Shown here: in pieces, positions 32,625 through 43,016 of the stretch
Position numbering within the stretch: position 1 is the stretch's first letter
How the letters are laid out: the number at the start of each line of letters is the position of its first letter
Assembly: GCA_963760795.1 (NCBI GenBank)
Contig: CAVXEP010000017.1
Span: forward strand, 32,001-96,000
DNA length: 64,000 nt
Direction of reading: 5' to 3'
From: an uncultured delta proteobacterium
Lineage (GTDB): Bacteria > Desulfobacterota > Binatia > UBA9968
Translations under genes and position numbers: made by a program
Notes under the pieces: generated by a model
Databases searched by the model: none
The model's input: only the letters and a program-made list of their open reading frames with translations
Told to the model about the DNA's origin: nothing

Positions 32625-32634
32625 CTATCCTAAT

Positions 32635-33825
32635 CTACCGATCACATTCCCCGCCGATCATATTAATCATGCCGAACGTCGGCACGATATCCGCCACCAT
32701 GTAACCTTTGATCATTTCGGCAAACGCGCCCATGGCGATGAAGCACGGCGGCCGCACGCGTAAGCGATAGGGCTTACCGCCGCCGTCGCTGACGATGTAA
32801 AAACCTAACTCGCCGTTGCCGCCTTCCACGGCGCTATAGGTCTCCCCCGCCGGCACCTGAACGCCTTCCATGATGATTTTGAAATGATGCATCAAGCCTT
32901 CGATGCTGCCGTAAACTTTTTCTTTTTCCGGCAGGACGAATCGCGCATCGTCGATCCACACCGGACCGACAGGCAATTGCTGGAGCGCCTGCTCGACGAT
33001 CTTCATGCTCTGCTGGATCTCACCGAGCCGGCACAGGAAGCGATCGTAGTTATCGCCGTGGCTGCCCACTGGGATTTCGAAGTCCAATTTATCGTAAACC
33101 AAATAGGGAAACGCCTTGCGGACATCGTAGTCGACGCCGGTGGCGCGCAGGATCGGTCCGGTGAGGCTGTGATCGAGTGCCGATTCCTTGGAGATCACCC
33201 CGACATTGGACATACGGTCGAGAAAGATTCGGTTGCGCGACAGCAAGCGGTCGCAATCGTCCAGCAGCTTGCGGATCGTTGTGAAAGCCGCCGTCACGTG
33301 TTCGGCGAAATCCTGGGGCAGGTCATGCTTGAGCCCGCCGATGCGCACATAGGTCACGGTCAGCCGGGCGCCGGTGAGATTTTCGATGATGCGGGTGAGC
33401 AGCTCGCGGGCTTCGATCATATAGAAACCGACGGTGATCGCGCCCAACTCCGACGCGGCCATGCCGCAGCAGGTTAAATGATCGAAGAGCCGCGCCAGCT
33501 CGCTGATGATGACGCGAATATACTGGCAGCGCGGCGGCGTTTCCGCGCCGATCAGTTTCTCCACGGCCAGCGCGTAGCCGACGTTGTTGATCAACGACGA
33601 GGCATAATTGAGCCGGTCGGTGTAGGGAATGACTTGGGTCCAGGTCGCCTGTTCGCAGCTCTTGTCGAAGCCACGGTGAAGAAAACCCAATTCGACATCG
33701 CAGTCGAGGACTTTTTCGCCTTCGAGCTTGAGATTGAACTTGATGGTGCCATGGGTCGCCGGATGGGACGGTCCCATCTGCAACTCCATGATCTCATGCG
33801 GCAGCTCTGGGTTATCGGCTTTCAT
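32635..33825 (-). CDS. nuoD: NADH-quinone oxidoreductase subunit D
   Basis: MGPSHPATHG, LHRG, DRLNY, GELGFY, GECDR C-terminus. Confidence 0.96.
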   Translation of the reverse strand: MKADNPELPHEIMELQMGPSHPATHGTIKFNLKLEGEKVLDCDVELGFLHRGFDKSCEQATWTQVIPYTDRLNYASSLINNVGYALAVEKLIGAETPPRCQYIRVIISELARLFDHLTCCGMAASELGAITVGFYMIEARELLTRIIENLTGARLTVTYVRIGGLKHDLPQDFAEHVTAAFTTIRKLLDDCDRLLSRNRIFLDRMSNVGVISKESALDHSLTGPILRATGVDYDVRKAFPYLVYDKLDFEIPVGSHGDNYDRFLCRLGEIQQSMKIVEQALQQLPVGPVWIDDARFVLPEKEKVYGSIEGLMHHFKIIMEGVQVPAGETYSAVEGGNGELGFYIVSDGGGKPYRLRVRPPCFIAMGAFAEMIKGYMVADIVPTFGMINMIGGECDR

Positions 33826-33846
33826 CGAGTTGTTCGGGCAGCGATG

Positions 33847-34410
33847 CTAGTTCTTTTTCGCCAAAGTTTTCTGCAAGCGCAGGAGCTTGTTACGGGACCG
33901 CTCGTCGACGAAAGTGCCGTCGACATGGCGTTCGGGCACGCGCGGCTGGCACTGGTTAACCGGATAGTCCTTGCGCAGCGGATGGCCGATGAATTCGTCG
34001 TAGAGCAAGATGCGCCGCAAATCTGGATGATCGCTAAAGCGAATGCCGTAGAGATCCCAAACTTCGCGCTCGAGATAGTTGGCGCCGCGCCACAGCGGCG
34101 TCAGCGAATCGACCACCGCGTCGCTTTCCGGCACACCGACGCGAACGCGCAGTCGGCGGCGCTGCTGGAGCGAGACCAACTGATAAACCACCTCGAAGCG
34201 TGGCTCCTGCTTTTGCCAATAATCGACCGCCGTGATGTCGGAAAGGAAATTGAAACTAAGCTCAGGATCTTCCTTGAGCAAGCGAAAGCTTTCTCTCAAA
34301 CCGGCACGATCCAAAGCGACGACGTGGTCTCCCTGGGGTTCGGTCAGGCTGAGTACTTTGGCGCCAAGCCGATCTTGGATATGTTGAAGTTGGGGGCTCG
34401 CTTCAGCCAT
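33847..34410 (-). CDS. nuoC: NADH-quinone oxidoreductase subunit C
   Basis: EREVWDLYGIRF, HPDLRRIL, GHPLRKDYP. Confidence 0.96.
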   Translation of the reverse strand: MAEASPQLQHIQDRLGAKVLSLTEPQGDHVVALDRAGLRESFRLLKEDPELSFNFLSDITAVDYWQKQEPRFEVVYQLVSLQQRRRLRVRVGVPESDAVVDSLTPLWRGANYLEREVWDLYGIRFSDHPDLRRILLYDEFIGHPLRKDYPVNQCQPRVPERHVDGTFVDERSRNKLLRLQKTLAKKN

Positions 34411-34416
34411 GAACGA

Positions 34417-34773
34417 TCAATCCCACTCAAGGGCGCCTTTTTTCCAGACATAAACATAACCGATGGCCAGGATGACCAGGAAGATGCCCATCTGCACCAG
34501 ACCGAAGACCCCCAACTGGCGAAAATAGATCGCCCAGGGATAAAGAAACACGATTTCCAGGTCGAAAATCAGAAACAACATGGCGACCAGGTAGAATCGC
34601 ACCGAGAAACGGATGCGCGCGTCGCCTTGGGGTGGATTGCCGGATTCGAAGGGTTCTGCTTTAGCGGCATTGCTCGATTTGGGGCCGAACAGCGAAGCAA
34701 CCGTCAGCAAAGCGAGGACAATCACGCTCGCAACCGCGAACATCACCAGCAAGGGCAAATAAGGATGGTTCAT
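34417..34773 (-). CDS. nuoA: NADH-quinone oxidoreductase subunit A
   Basis: PFESG, FYLVAMLFLIFDLE, KKGALEWD. Confidence 0.97.
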   Translation of the reverse strand: MNHPYLPLLVMFAVASVIVLALLTVASLFGPKSSNAAKAEPFESGNPPQGDARIRFSVRFYLVAMLFLIFDLEIVFLYPWAIYFRQLGVFGLVQMGIFLVILAIGYVYVWKKGALEWD

Positions 34774-34862
34774 GTCATGAGTGCTATTAAAAAAAACCAT
34801 ACCTTCCCGGACCGAAAAGGTATGGATTCTTGGGCGCGCTTTGATCCTTCAATCTATTGAAT

Positions 34863-34891
34863 TTTGTATTGGAAATGCGCGGAGTTGTCAA
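34863..34891 (-). promoter_or_regulatory. Putative sigma70 promoter of the nuo operon
   Basis: Minus strand TTGACA-N17-TACAAA about 90 bp upstream of nuoA. Confidence 0.45.
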
Positions 34892-35024
34892 GGTAAAGTC
34901 GGTCTCTGGGGGTTCCCCACGCGTTGCATTTCACACTTGACGCGAAAACCATTGGCGATTGACGCTAGCCGAGATTCGATGTTAATCATCACAACCTAAT
35001 CGCGGTCCCGGCGGGAGGTTCTCG

Positions 35025-36035
35025 ATGGCGCAGAGTTTTTCGGCAAGAATTTGCTTCTGCCTTACTTGGGTGCTGTTCGCGAGCTCGCCAGCATGGGCGC
35101 AAGCGCTCATCGACGGCGCCAAGAAAGAAGGGCAAGTCGTCTTCTATGGCTCCATGGAAGCGGTATCTTCGCAACGCATCGTCGCCGGCTTCGAAAAAAA
35201 ATACCCGTTTGTCAAAGTAGACGCCACGCGCATCGGCTCGGAACGGATGGCCACCCGGCTCGTCGCTGAAGCCCAAGCGCGCAAAGTCCGCGCCGATGTC
35301 GTCCAACAATCCGCTTTCGATTTCTACGGCGTGCTGCAAAAAGGCCTCTTTGAAAGCTACTTCTCACCGGAGCGGTCGGCGTTTCCGCCGGAGTATCGCG
35401 ATGAAAAAGGTTTCTGGATGATGCCCGCCTCCACACTCAACGTGATCGCTTACAACAAGAAGATGGTGGCGGCGAACGACGTGCCGAAAAGCTTCTGGGA
35501 TCTCACCGAGCCCCGTTGGAAGGGGCAGCTCTTAATGGACGACAACGAGAGTAAATGGATGGCCGGCATGATCCAGTATTATGGCGAAGCGAAGTCCATG
35601 GACTTGCTGCGCAAGCTCGCGGCTCAGGAAATTCAGTTTCGCACCGGCCACACTCTGCTGCAAACTTTAGTCGCCGCCGGCGAGCGCGCGGTGGTGGTGG
35701 TCGCTTTCGCCAACGGCGTCGATCGGCTAAAAAAAGAAAGCGCGCCGATCGAATGGATCAGCGCCGAACCGGTCATTGGTTTGACCTTCGGCCTCGCGGT
35801 AGTCAAGGACGCGCCTCATCCCAACGCGGCGCGTTTGTTCAATGATTATCTGCTATCGCGCGAGGGCCAAGAAGTGATCGCCGCCGCCGGCTACCACGTG
35901 CCGCGCACCGACGTCGCTTCGCCTATTCTTAAAGACGCCGCGCCGAAAACTAAAGTCGTGCCGCTGCCAATGAGCTTGGCGCCGCGTTACAACGAATATT
36001 TCCAGACCTACCGCAAAGTCATGGGGCTAAAATAA
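35025..36035 (+). CDS. Extracellular solute-binding protein (Fe3+/polyamine-type)
   Basis: AKKEGQVVFY, FEKKYPFVK, DLTEPRWKG, APHPNAARLF. Confidence 0.9.
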   Translation: MAQSFSARICFCLTWVLFASSPAWAQALIDGAKKEGQVVFYGSMEAVSSQRIVAGFEKKYPFVKVDATRIGSERMATRLVAEAQARKVRADVVQQSAFDFYGVLQKGLFESYFSPERSAFPPEYRDEKGFWMMPASTLNVIAYNKKMVAANDVPKSFWDLTEPRWKGQLLMDDNESKWMAGMIQYYGEAKSMDLLRKLAAQEIQFRTGHTLLQTLVAAGERAVVVVAFANGVDRLKKESAPIEWISAEPVIGLTFGLAVVKDAPHPNAARLFNDYLLSREGQEVIAAAGYHVPRTDVASPILKDAAPKTKVVPLPMSLAPRYNEYFQTYRKVMGLK

Positions 36036-36073
36036 GGTGACTGCGTATCGAGATGTCATTTTAGGAGACCGAG

Positions 36074-37436
36074 ATGACCTACCAATCTGAAAAAGGCAAC
36101 TTCACCATCGCCCTCGCCGGCGACACCATGTTGACACGCAAGTTAACGCCCTTCACCGAAGAGCGTTTTCTCAAACTGCGCGAGATCCTGCGCGGCGCCG
36201 ACGCCCGCTTCGCCAATCTCGAAGGCACGGTGCACACCTGGGACGAAGGCACACCGGGGATCACCCAGGGCACGTTCATGACGACGGACCCCAAGCTCCT
36301 CGATGACTTGCAATGGCTTGGCATCAATCTGGTCTCCTGCGCCAACAACCACGCCTTCGACTATGGCGAAGACGGCGTGCTCGCCAATCTCAAGCATCTC
36401 GACGCCGCCGGCATGGTTCACGCCGGCACGGGAAAAAATCTCGCCGAAGCGCGCGCCCCCGGTTATCTCGACACGCCCAATGGGCGCGTCGCCCTGGTCG
36501 CCGCCACCGCTACGTTTCAGACCCTGGAATCAAGCCGGCGAACAGCGGCCCGATTTGCGCGGCCGCCCAGGCATCAATCCGTTGGGATTCACCACCACCT
36601 ACGGCGTCGACGCCGCGGCGTTCGAACAACTGAAACGGATTAGCCAAGGTCTCGGTTTTGAAAAGAGCAACGAGCGCGCCCGCAAACATTTTTACAGCGA
36701 CAAAGAAATCGGCGACGGGAAAGCCGCGGAGTTGAACCTGCTGGGCAATCGCTATGTCCCCGGCGAAGGTTTCGCCATCGCCACCGAAGCCAACCAGCGC
36801 GACCTGCAGGATAACTTACGCTGGATCCGCGAAGCGCGCCGCCAGGCCGACTGGCTCGTCGTCAGCGCTCATTGTCATGAATTTGGCGGCAGCAGTCTAT
36901 TAACCGCAAGCACGCGGGCGGAGTTGGAAGAGACCGCCGATTTCGTCACCAAGTTCGCCCACCAGGCGATCGACGAAGGCGCCGACATTTTCGTCGGCCA
37001 TGGCTCGCACTTCCCGATGGGTGTGGAAATTTATAATGGCAAACCGATCTTTTACAGCGTCGGCAATTTCGTCTTTCAAAACGAAACCGTCGGCTTCTTT
37101 CCCGCCGACGCCTACGAGCGCTTCGATCTCGACCTCAAGGCGACGCCGTCCGACTTCCTCGACGCCCGCACCAACGGCGGCAAAAAAGGCCACCCCAGCG
37201 ATCCCGCCTACTGGGAAAACATGTTCCCGGTCTGCGAGTTCAGCAAGCAGAAATTGACCAGCATTAAGATCTACCCCATCGATCAAGGTTTCGGCCGCCC
37301 GCGCCCGCAACGCGGCCGCCCCGTGCTCGCCGAAGGCGAAGTGGCCAATCGGGTGATCGAGCGAGTCGTGCGCCTCTCGAAACGTTATGGGACGAAGGTT
37401 GTGAATCGTGCAGGCGTCGGCGTGATTGAACTGTAG
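36074..37436 (+). CDS. CapA/PgsA-like metallophosphoesterase; frameshift near 36516
   Basis: AGD, NLE, ANNHAFDYG, SAHCHE, GHGSH, YSVGNF. Confidence 0.88.
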
Positions 37437-37694
37437 ACGTTGGCCTGGGACTAATCTCGGATTCAACAGTTGCACCGCAGAAACTGCTGCGCGACGCGAT
37501 CCTCGAGTCGTGAAAACACCCAAGATCTGCAACTACTGAGTCGAATTCGCAGCGCCAGTCAATCCGTTAATCTCGCGGGCGATTTCGTGCGGCGTCAATC
37601 ATCGCCAGCCACTTAGGGGCAGTCGCCATTGTCTTCACGATGGAAAGATTGAGTCTCGCTGTCACAAACAATTACCGCTGCGTCCTTGGGGTTC

Positions 37695-38762
37695 CTATTC
37701 GGCCATGATTTCCTTCACCCGTTTGACGACATCGGCGGGTTGACTGACGACGGCGATGATTTTTTTTTGCAGCTGGTCGCCGCTCATGAAGGTCGTGCCG
37801 TCCCAGTCGAGCAGCTTTTTCGCCTCGGCGGTAAACTCGCTATCCTTCAACATCCGTTCGAAGCTGTCGCGCAGAATCTGCACCCGTTCCTTGGGCACGC
37901 TCGGCGGCGCCGCGAAGGGGCGGTCGAACTCGGTGTACGCGAGCATGACATTCATTAAATTGAGATAGGGTTTAGTCTCGGAGCGCGCGAGTTCCGCCAG
38001 CGTGGGTACCGGCGGCAATAACGGGCTTTTGTCCGGCCCTTGCTGAATGATAAAAGTGACATAGTTTTCTTTTACCCAACGATTCCACGGCGCGCGAATC
38101 ACCGTGACATCGGAAGTCGCCCGGCAGTCTATCTCGCCCCGTTCCAAACCGAGATCGGTGTCGCGGCCGCTCTGAAATCCGGTGACGTTTTTCAACTTGA
38201 TATCGAGCAGCCGCTCCATCAAGTTGGCGAATATATAGCTGATGCTGCCGGTGCCCGATTGGCCGAAGCGCGGCGGAGTTTTCGCCGCGCGGATCGCCGC
38301 GATGTTTTTATATTCGGTGTCCGAACGGCAAGCCGCCATCATCGGCGCTTTGTTGAAGCTGCCGATCCAATTGAATTTTCGAAAGTCCGCCTTATTCTCG
38401 GGCCGGCCGATGATTTGCTCCATGTAGTTGGCCCGGCTCACCGCCAATATCGTCAAGCCATCCGGCTTGGCGACATTGTAGAGATAGTTAGCCGCGATCA
38501 GCCCGCCGCCGCCCGACATGTTGCGCACCACCACGCCGGGATTTCCCGGCATATGTTTTCCCAGGAAGCGGCCCACCAAACGGGCACCGAAATCGGTGGT
38601 GGCACCGGGTCCGCTCGCCACCAGCAATTGAATCGTTTTGCCCTCATAGAATTGTTCGGCTGAATGAACGTCACCGGCGCAGATCATCAGCAGCGCTGTC
38701 CAAAACATCAATCTCAGCGGTAAATTCTTTATATCGGACGGGGAGAGCGAAGCGATACCCAT
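37695..38762 (-). CDS. Bug/TctC tripartite tricarboxylate transporter substrate-binding protein (start uncertain)
   Basis: PGNPGVVVRNMSGGGGLIAANYLY..AKPDGLT, LERGEID, PPSVPKERV. Confidence 0.88.
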   Translation of the reverse strand: MGIASLSPSDIKNLPLRLMFWTALLMICAGDVHSAEQFYEGKTIQLLVASGPGATTDFGARLVGRFLGKHMPGNPGVVVRNMSGGGGLIAANYLYNVAKPDGLTILAVSRANYMEQIIGRPENKADFRKFNWIGSFNKAPMMAACRSDTEYKNIAAIRAAKTPPRFGQSGTGSISYIFANLMERLLDIKLKNVTGFQSGRDTDLGLERGEIDCRATSDVTVIRAPWNRWVKENYVTFIIQQGPDKSPLLPPVPTLAELARSETKPYLNLMNVMLAYTEFDRPFAAPPSVPKERVQILRDSFERMLKDSEFTAEAKKLLDWDGTTFMSGDQLQKKIIAVVSQPADVVKRVKEIMAE

Positions 38763-38870
38763 CGTCCGCTCAGCCACGCGTAAGTTTGTCCGCATAGGCA
38801 ATGACAGAATCAATCTCCTCACGCATTCAATCGGCAATTTGAAATCTGAAATACGCCGCGTCCCGCGGCG

Positions 38871-40352
38871 TCACAGCCCCTGGGCCGCCGCGTTTCTGCC
38901 AGCCAATCGGGAAAACACCACATTGCGCGTCTGACCGGTGCAGGACGGATAGTTATGAAAAAACAAACCGACGATGTCGCCGGAAGCGAATAGCCCGCGG
39001 ATCGGATTGTTCGAAGTGTTGAGCACCTGGGCTTGGGTATTGATCTGCAAGCCGCCGAAAGTGAATGTAACACCGCCGGTAATCGCGTAGGCGAAGTAGG
39101 GCGGTTTGTCGAGGGTATCGGCCCAGTGGGATTTTTTCGGCGTGATGCCCTCGGTGCAGCGGCCGTCCAGTTTGGTCGCATCGAACGGGATGTCTTTGCG
39201 GATGGCACCGTTGAACTCGTCGATGGTCCGCTTGAGAATCATCGGCTCAATGCTGATCTTCTGCGCCAACTCTTCAATCGTGTTCGCTTCGATGGGATGG
39301 GAAAATTCGTAATAGCGCTTGTTCAAAAGCCCCAGCGCCTTCTGATCGTAGATTTGATAGGCGATGGCACCCGGCTGCGCGAGCACCGCCCAACCGGTCT
39401 TGGCGTAGGTGTAGGAATGGCGCGCTTCGCCCTCGTCGAAAAAGCGCTGGCCGAGAGAATTGACGGTGATGCCGTAGGTGTAGCCGTAGCGATTGGCCTT
39501 GTTGCTGATCTCGACATCGGGAAAGGTCGCGTCGATCGGCGTCGCATGGGCGCCCTGCCAATGGCCGGCGGTTTTGGCGCCCATGTCGATGGCCATCATC
39601 AGCACTTCGCCGGTATCATGCTTGCTGCCGCGCACCTTCATCAGATCGGCGTTGGGGCCGAGATAGCGCGCCCGCTTCTCCGCGCTCGCCTGGAATCCGC
39701 CGGCGCACAGAATCACCGAGTTGGCGCGAATTTCATACTCTTCGTTGGGATCCGAGACACGCACACCCTCGATTCGCCGGTCGTTGCCGAGCAGCGCCGC
39801 AACCCGCGACTCGTAGCGCAGCTCGATGCCCATCTTGGTGGCGATCTCGCGCCACTGCATGAGTTGATCCAGTCCGCCCTCAACGCCGCCGCGCGGATGG
39901 ATCACCATCCCCGGTTCGAAGTAATATTTCCCGTCGATGATCACATAGCTGTCGATGTCCCATTTGATGCCGACTTCGCGCATCCAATGGATCGCCGCGG
40001 TGGACTGCGTCACCAAGACCTCGGACAGTTCTTTGCTGATCCGTCCCTTGGTCACCCGCTGCAGATCGGCGTGAAATTGTTCCGCGGTATAGGCCGGGAT
40101 ATGCAGCTTGGCGAACAGCTCTTCGTCCATGTCCGGCAGGAACTTGCGAATCTCCTCCGGGCCGGAAAACACCCAGCGAAAACCGGTGTGCGAATAACGC
40201 GCGTTGCCGCCGAACTCCGGCTCCGGCGCCTTCTCCAACATCACGACTTTAGGCGCGCCCGCTTGCTTCGCCGCCACCGCCGCTTCAAAGGCGGCGCTGC
40301 CGCCGCCGACAACTACCACCGGGATGTCTTCCGTTCTCACGAGTTCCTCCAT
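38871..40352 (-). CDS. FAD-dependent oxidoreductase, TcuA/CobZ (tricarballylate dehydrogenase)-like, copy 2
   Basis: VVVGGG, GGNARYS, LCAGGF, GQRFFDEG, GVTFTFGG, GLFFHNYP. Confidence 0.85.
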   Translation of the reverse strand: MEELVRTEDIPVVVVGGGSAAFEAAVAAKQAGAPKVVMLEKAPEPEFGGNARYSHTGFRWVFSGPEEIRKFLPDMDEELFAKLHIPAYTAEQFHADLQRVTKGRISKELSEVLVTQSTAAIHWMREVGIKWDIDSYVIIDGKYYFEPGMVIHPRGGVEGGLDQLMQWREIATKMGIELRYESRVAALLGNDRRIEGVRVSDPNEEYEIRANSVILCAGGFQASAEKRARYLGPNADLMKVRGSKHDTGEVLMMAIDMGAKTAGHWQGAHATPIDATFPDVEISNKANRYGYTYGITVNSLGQRFFDEGEARHSYTYAKTGWAVLAQPGAIAYQIYDQKALGLLNKRYYEFSHPIEANTIEELAQKISIEPMILKRTIDEFNGAIRKDIPFDATKLDGRCTEGITPKKSHWADTLDKPPYFAYAITGGVTFTFGGLQINTQAQVLNTSNNPIRGLFASGDIVGLFFHNYPSCTGQTRNVVFSRLAGRNAAAQGL

Positions 40353-40388
40353 CTATCCGGACAAACTGTTTAATGTGAATTTGCCTGT

Positions 40389-40419
40389 GTAGGATGGGTG
40401 GAGCGCAGCGATACCCATC
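40389..40419 (+). repeat. GTAG-family REP
   Basis: gtaggatgggtggagcgcagcgatacccatc; near-identical to the copy at 47911. Confidence 0.8.
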
Positions 40420-40462
40420 AATCTGCTTATTTTAAAAAATGCAATTTGCAATGCCCGAAGGG

Positions 40463-41929
40463 CTATAGCCCCTGCGCCGCCGCGTTCCTTCCGGCCAAGC
40501 GCGAAAACACCACATTGCGCGTCTGTCCGGTGCAGGACGGATAGTTGTGGAAGAACAGACCAACGATATCGCCGGAGGCGAACAGGCCGCGAATCGGATT
40601 GCCGGAAGTATTTAACACCTGCGCCTGCGTATTGATCTGCAAGCCGCCGAAAGTGAATGTCACCCCGCCGGTTATCGAAAACGCCCAGTAAGGCGGCTTG
40701 TCGATTGGACTAGCCCAGTTGGATTTTTTCGGCGTGATGCCCTCAGTACACTTGCCGTCAAGTTTGGTCGCATCGAAGACGACATCCTTGCGCGCCGCGT
40801 TGTTGAATTCCGTGACGGTGTGTTTGAGCACGGTGGGCTCGATGCCGATCTTGCCGGCCAGCTCGTCAATTGATTTCGCTTCTATAGGCGTGGAGAACTC
40901 GTAACGGTTGCCAAGCAGCGGAATCGTCTTCTGATCGTAGATTTGATACGCCAACGCGCCAGGCTGACCGAGCACGGCCCAACCGGTCTTAGCGTAAGTA
41001 TATGAATGGCGCGCTTCGCCTTCGTCGAAAAAGCGCTGCCCCAGAGTATTGACCGTGATGCTGTAAGGATAACCGTAACGATTGGCTTTGCTGCCGATCT
41101 CCACGTCGGGATAGGTCGAATCGATCGGCGTCGCGTGGGCGCCTTGCCAATGACCGGCGGCCTTGGCGCCCATGGCCAATGTCATCATCAGCACTTCGCC
41201 GGTGTCATGCCGGCTGCCGCGCACCTTCATCAAATCGGCATTGGGCCCAAGATAGCGCGCGCGCATTTCCGCATTGGCCTGAAAGCCGCCGGCGCAAAGA
41301 ACGATTGAGCCGCTTTTGATTTCGTATTCTTCGTTGGGGTCGGAGACCACGACACCTTCGATATGCCGGTCGTTGCCGAGTAACGCTTTGACCCGCGACT
41401 CGTAGCGCAGGTCGACACCCATGCCCAGCGCGATCTCGCGCCATTGTCCCAATTGGCCCAGTCCGCCGCCGACACCGCCGACCGGATGGACCACCAATCC
41501 CGGCTCGAAATAATAGCGGCCGTCGATCACCACATGACTATCGATCTCCCACTTGATGCCCAACTCGCGCATCCAATGAATCGCCGCGTTGGACTGGCTC
41601 ACCAGCACGTCGGCTAAAGTCTGGTCGATGCGGCCGCGCGTGACCCGCTGCAAATCGCCGTGAAAGAGTTCCGCTGAATAGGCCGGCAAATTCAGTTTCG
41701 CAAACATCGCGTCGTCGACATCCGGCAAAAATTGGCGGATCTCATCGGCGCCGGAAAACACCCAGCGAAAGCCGGTGTGTGAATAGCGCGCGTTGCCGCC
41801 AAACTCCGGCTCCGGCGCTTTTTCCAACATCACGACTTTCGGCGCGCCGGCTTGCTTGGCCGCCACCGCCGCTTCAAAGGCGGCACTGCCGCCGCCGACA
41901 ACCACTACGTGAATGTTTTCCGTTCTCAC
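40463..41929 (-). CDS. FAD-dependent oxidoreductase, TcuA/CobZ-like, copy 1
   Basis: Same motifs as its neighbour; colinear tandem paralog. Confidence 0.85.
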   Translation of the reverse strand: MRTENIHVVVVGGGSAAFEAAVAAKQAGAPKVVMLEKAPEPEFGGNARYSHTGFRWVFSGADEIRQFLPDVDDAMFAKLNLPAYSAELFHGDLQRVTRGRIDQTLADVLVSQSNAAIHWMRELGIKWEIDSHVVIDGRYYFEPGLVVHPVGGVGGGLGQLGQWREIALGMGVDLRYESRVKALLGNDRHIEGVVVSDPNEEYEIKSGSIVLCAGGFQANAEMRARYLGPNADLMKVRGSRHDTGEVLMMTLAMGAKAAGHWQGAHATPIDSTYPDVEIGSKANRYGYPYSITVNTLGQRFFDEGEARHSYTYAKTGWAVLGQPGALAYQIYDQKTIPLLGNRYEFSTPIEAKSIDELAGKIGIEPTVLKHTVTEFNNAARKDVVFDATKLDGKCTEGITPKKSNWASPIDKPPYWAFSITGGVTFTFGGLQINTQAQVLNTSGNPIRGLFASGDIVGLFFHNYPSCTGQTRNVVFSRLAGRNAAAQGL

Positions 41930-41978
41930 GGTGCAAAATTCTCCATCTTCGATGACAATTACTATAGCGAGTGAATCA

Positions 41979-43016
41979 TCAATTCTTTTTATACAAGCCC
42001 TGAATGAACCCGGAACTTTCGAGCTTGTTCATGAACGAGTTGTCGAGGAGCGTCTCGACGCGCACGTCGGCGATCTTTGGGTTGAGCTGGATTAAGAGTT
42101 TTTGCAGCCGCTTCATTCCCTCCACGCTGGTGTGCGGCGCGCGCTCATAGTTGGTGATCACGGCTTGATAGGATTCCTCGATATCGGCCGGATTGCTCAA
42201 ACGCAGGTTAGTTGCCAAGAGCCGGCTCACGAGTTCCCTATTCGCCGGATCGTTAATCATCGCGATCGCCTCGATCGTGGCTTTCAAATGGCCTTCGATC
42301 ACCTGCGGCTTTGTCGCCGCCGCGCGCCGCGTAATTACCATCATGTTCTGCGGCAGGGTCACGCCGGCGGCATTCAAATTATAGAGCAAGGTGTAACCTT
42401 TGTTGGCGTAGACCTCGCCCATCGCGCCTCTTAGCGTGGTGGCATCGACACTGCCGCTCTCAAGGGCCAAGCGCCGGTTCATTTCTGTCCCCGGTATCGT
42501 CAGAAAAGAAATCTTCGCTTGAACGGGGTCGAGATTGAGTCCTTGAAGCGCCAACATCGACACCAGATGCGACGTTGATCCTGGACCGCTGACCGCGATC
42601 CGTTTGCCACGAAGGTCTTCCGGCTTCTTGATATCGGGGCGCGTGTTTAGGCGAAAATCCAGTTTCTGATTGAAGTTGGCGATGCCGGCGAGCTCCGCGC
42701 CGCTCAGACCAGCATTGACGAGATGGCCGGGACCGATGATCGCCGCGTCAATTTCACCCGCAAGCAAAGCCGCGATGGCCAAGGGATTGCGCGGCATGAG
42801 TACGAACTGCATGTCGACGCCATACTTTTTGAACAAGCCGCGCTCGCGCGCCACCCAGACATGAGTCATGCTTTCGCTGGTCACGCTGGACGACAGATTT
42901 GATTTAGTCTGACCGCTCGAAGTACTCGGGAGGCAAAAAACCAGCGAGAGGATAACGAACATGCCACACGCGCCATACAACCGTCGGCGGCCATGAGGCA
43001 AAGTGATTCTCGTCAT
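41979..43016 (-). CDS. ABC substrate-binding protein, NMT1/THI5-like
   Basis: GLFKKYGVD, DLRGKRIAVS, ALESGSVDAT. Confidence 0.88.
   Translation of the reverse strand: MTRITLPHGRRRLYGACGMFVILSLVFCLPSTSSGQTKSNLSSSVTSESMTHVWVARERGLFKKYGVDMQFVLMPRNPLAIAALLAGEIDAAIIGPGHLVNAGLSGAELAGIANFNQKLDFRLNTRPDIKKPEDLRGKRIAVSGPGSTSHLVSMLALQGLNLDPVQAKISFLTIPGTEMNRRLALESGSVDATTLRGAMGEVYANKGYTLLYNLNAAGVTLPQNMMVITRRAAATKPQVIEGHLKATIEAIAMINDPANRELVSRLLATNLRLSNPADIEESYQAVITNYERAPHTSVEGMKRLQKLLIQLNPKIADVRVETLLDNSFMNKLESSGFIQGLYKKN

Noticed and set aside
33478-34860. 460-aa plus-strand ORF
   Set aside because: Antisense shadow of nuoD, nuoC and nuoA in GC-rich DNA; no recognisable motifs.
39033-40373. 446-aa plus-strand ORF
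   Set aside because: Antisense shadow of the TcuA-like gene.
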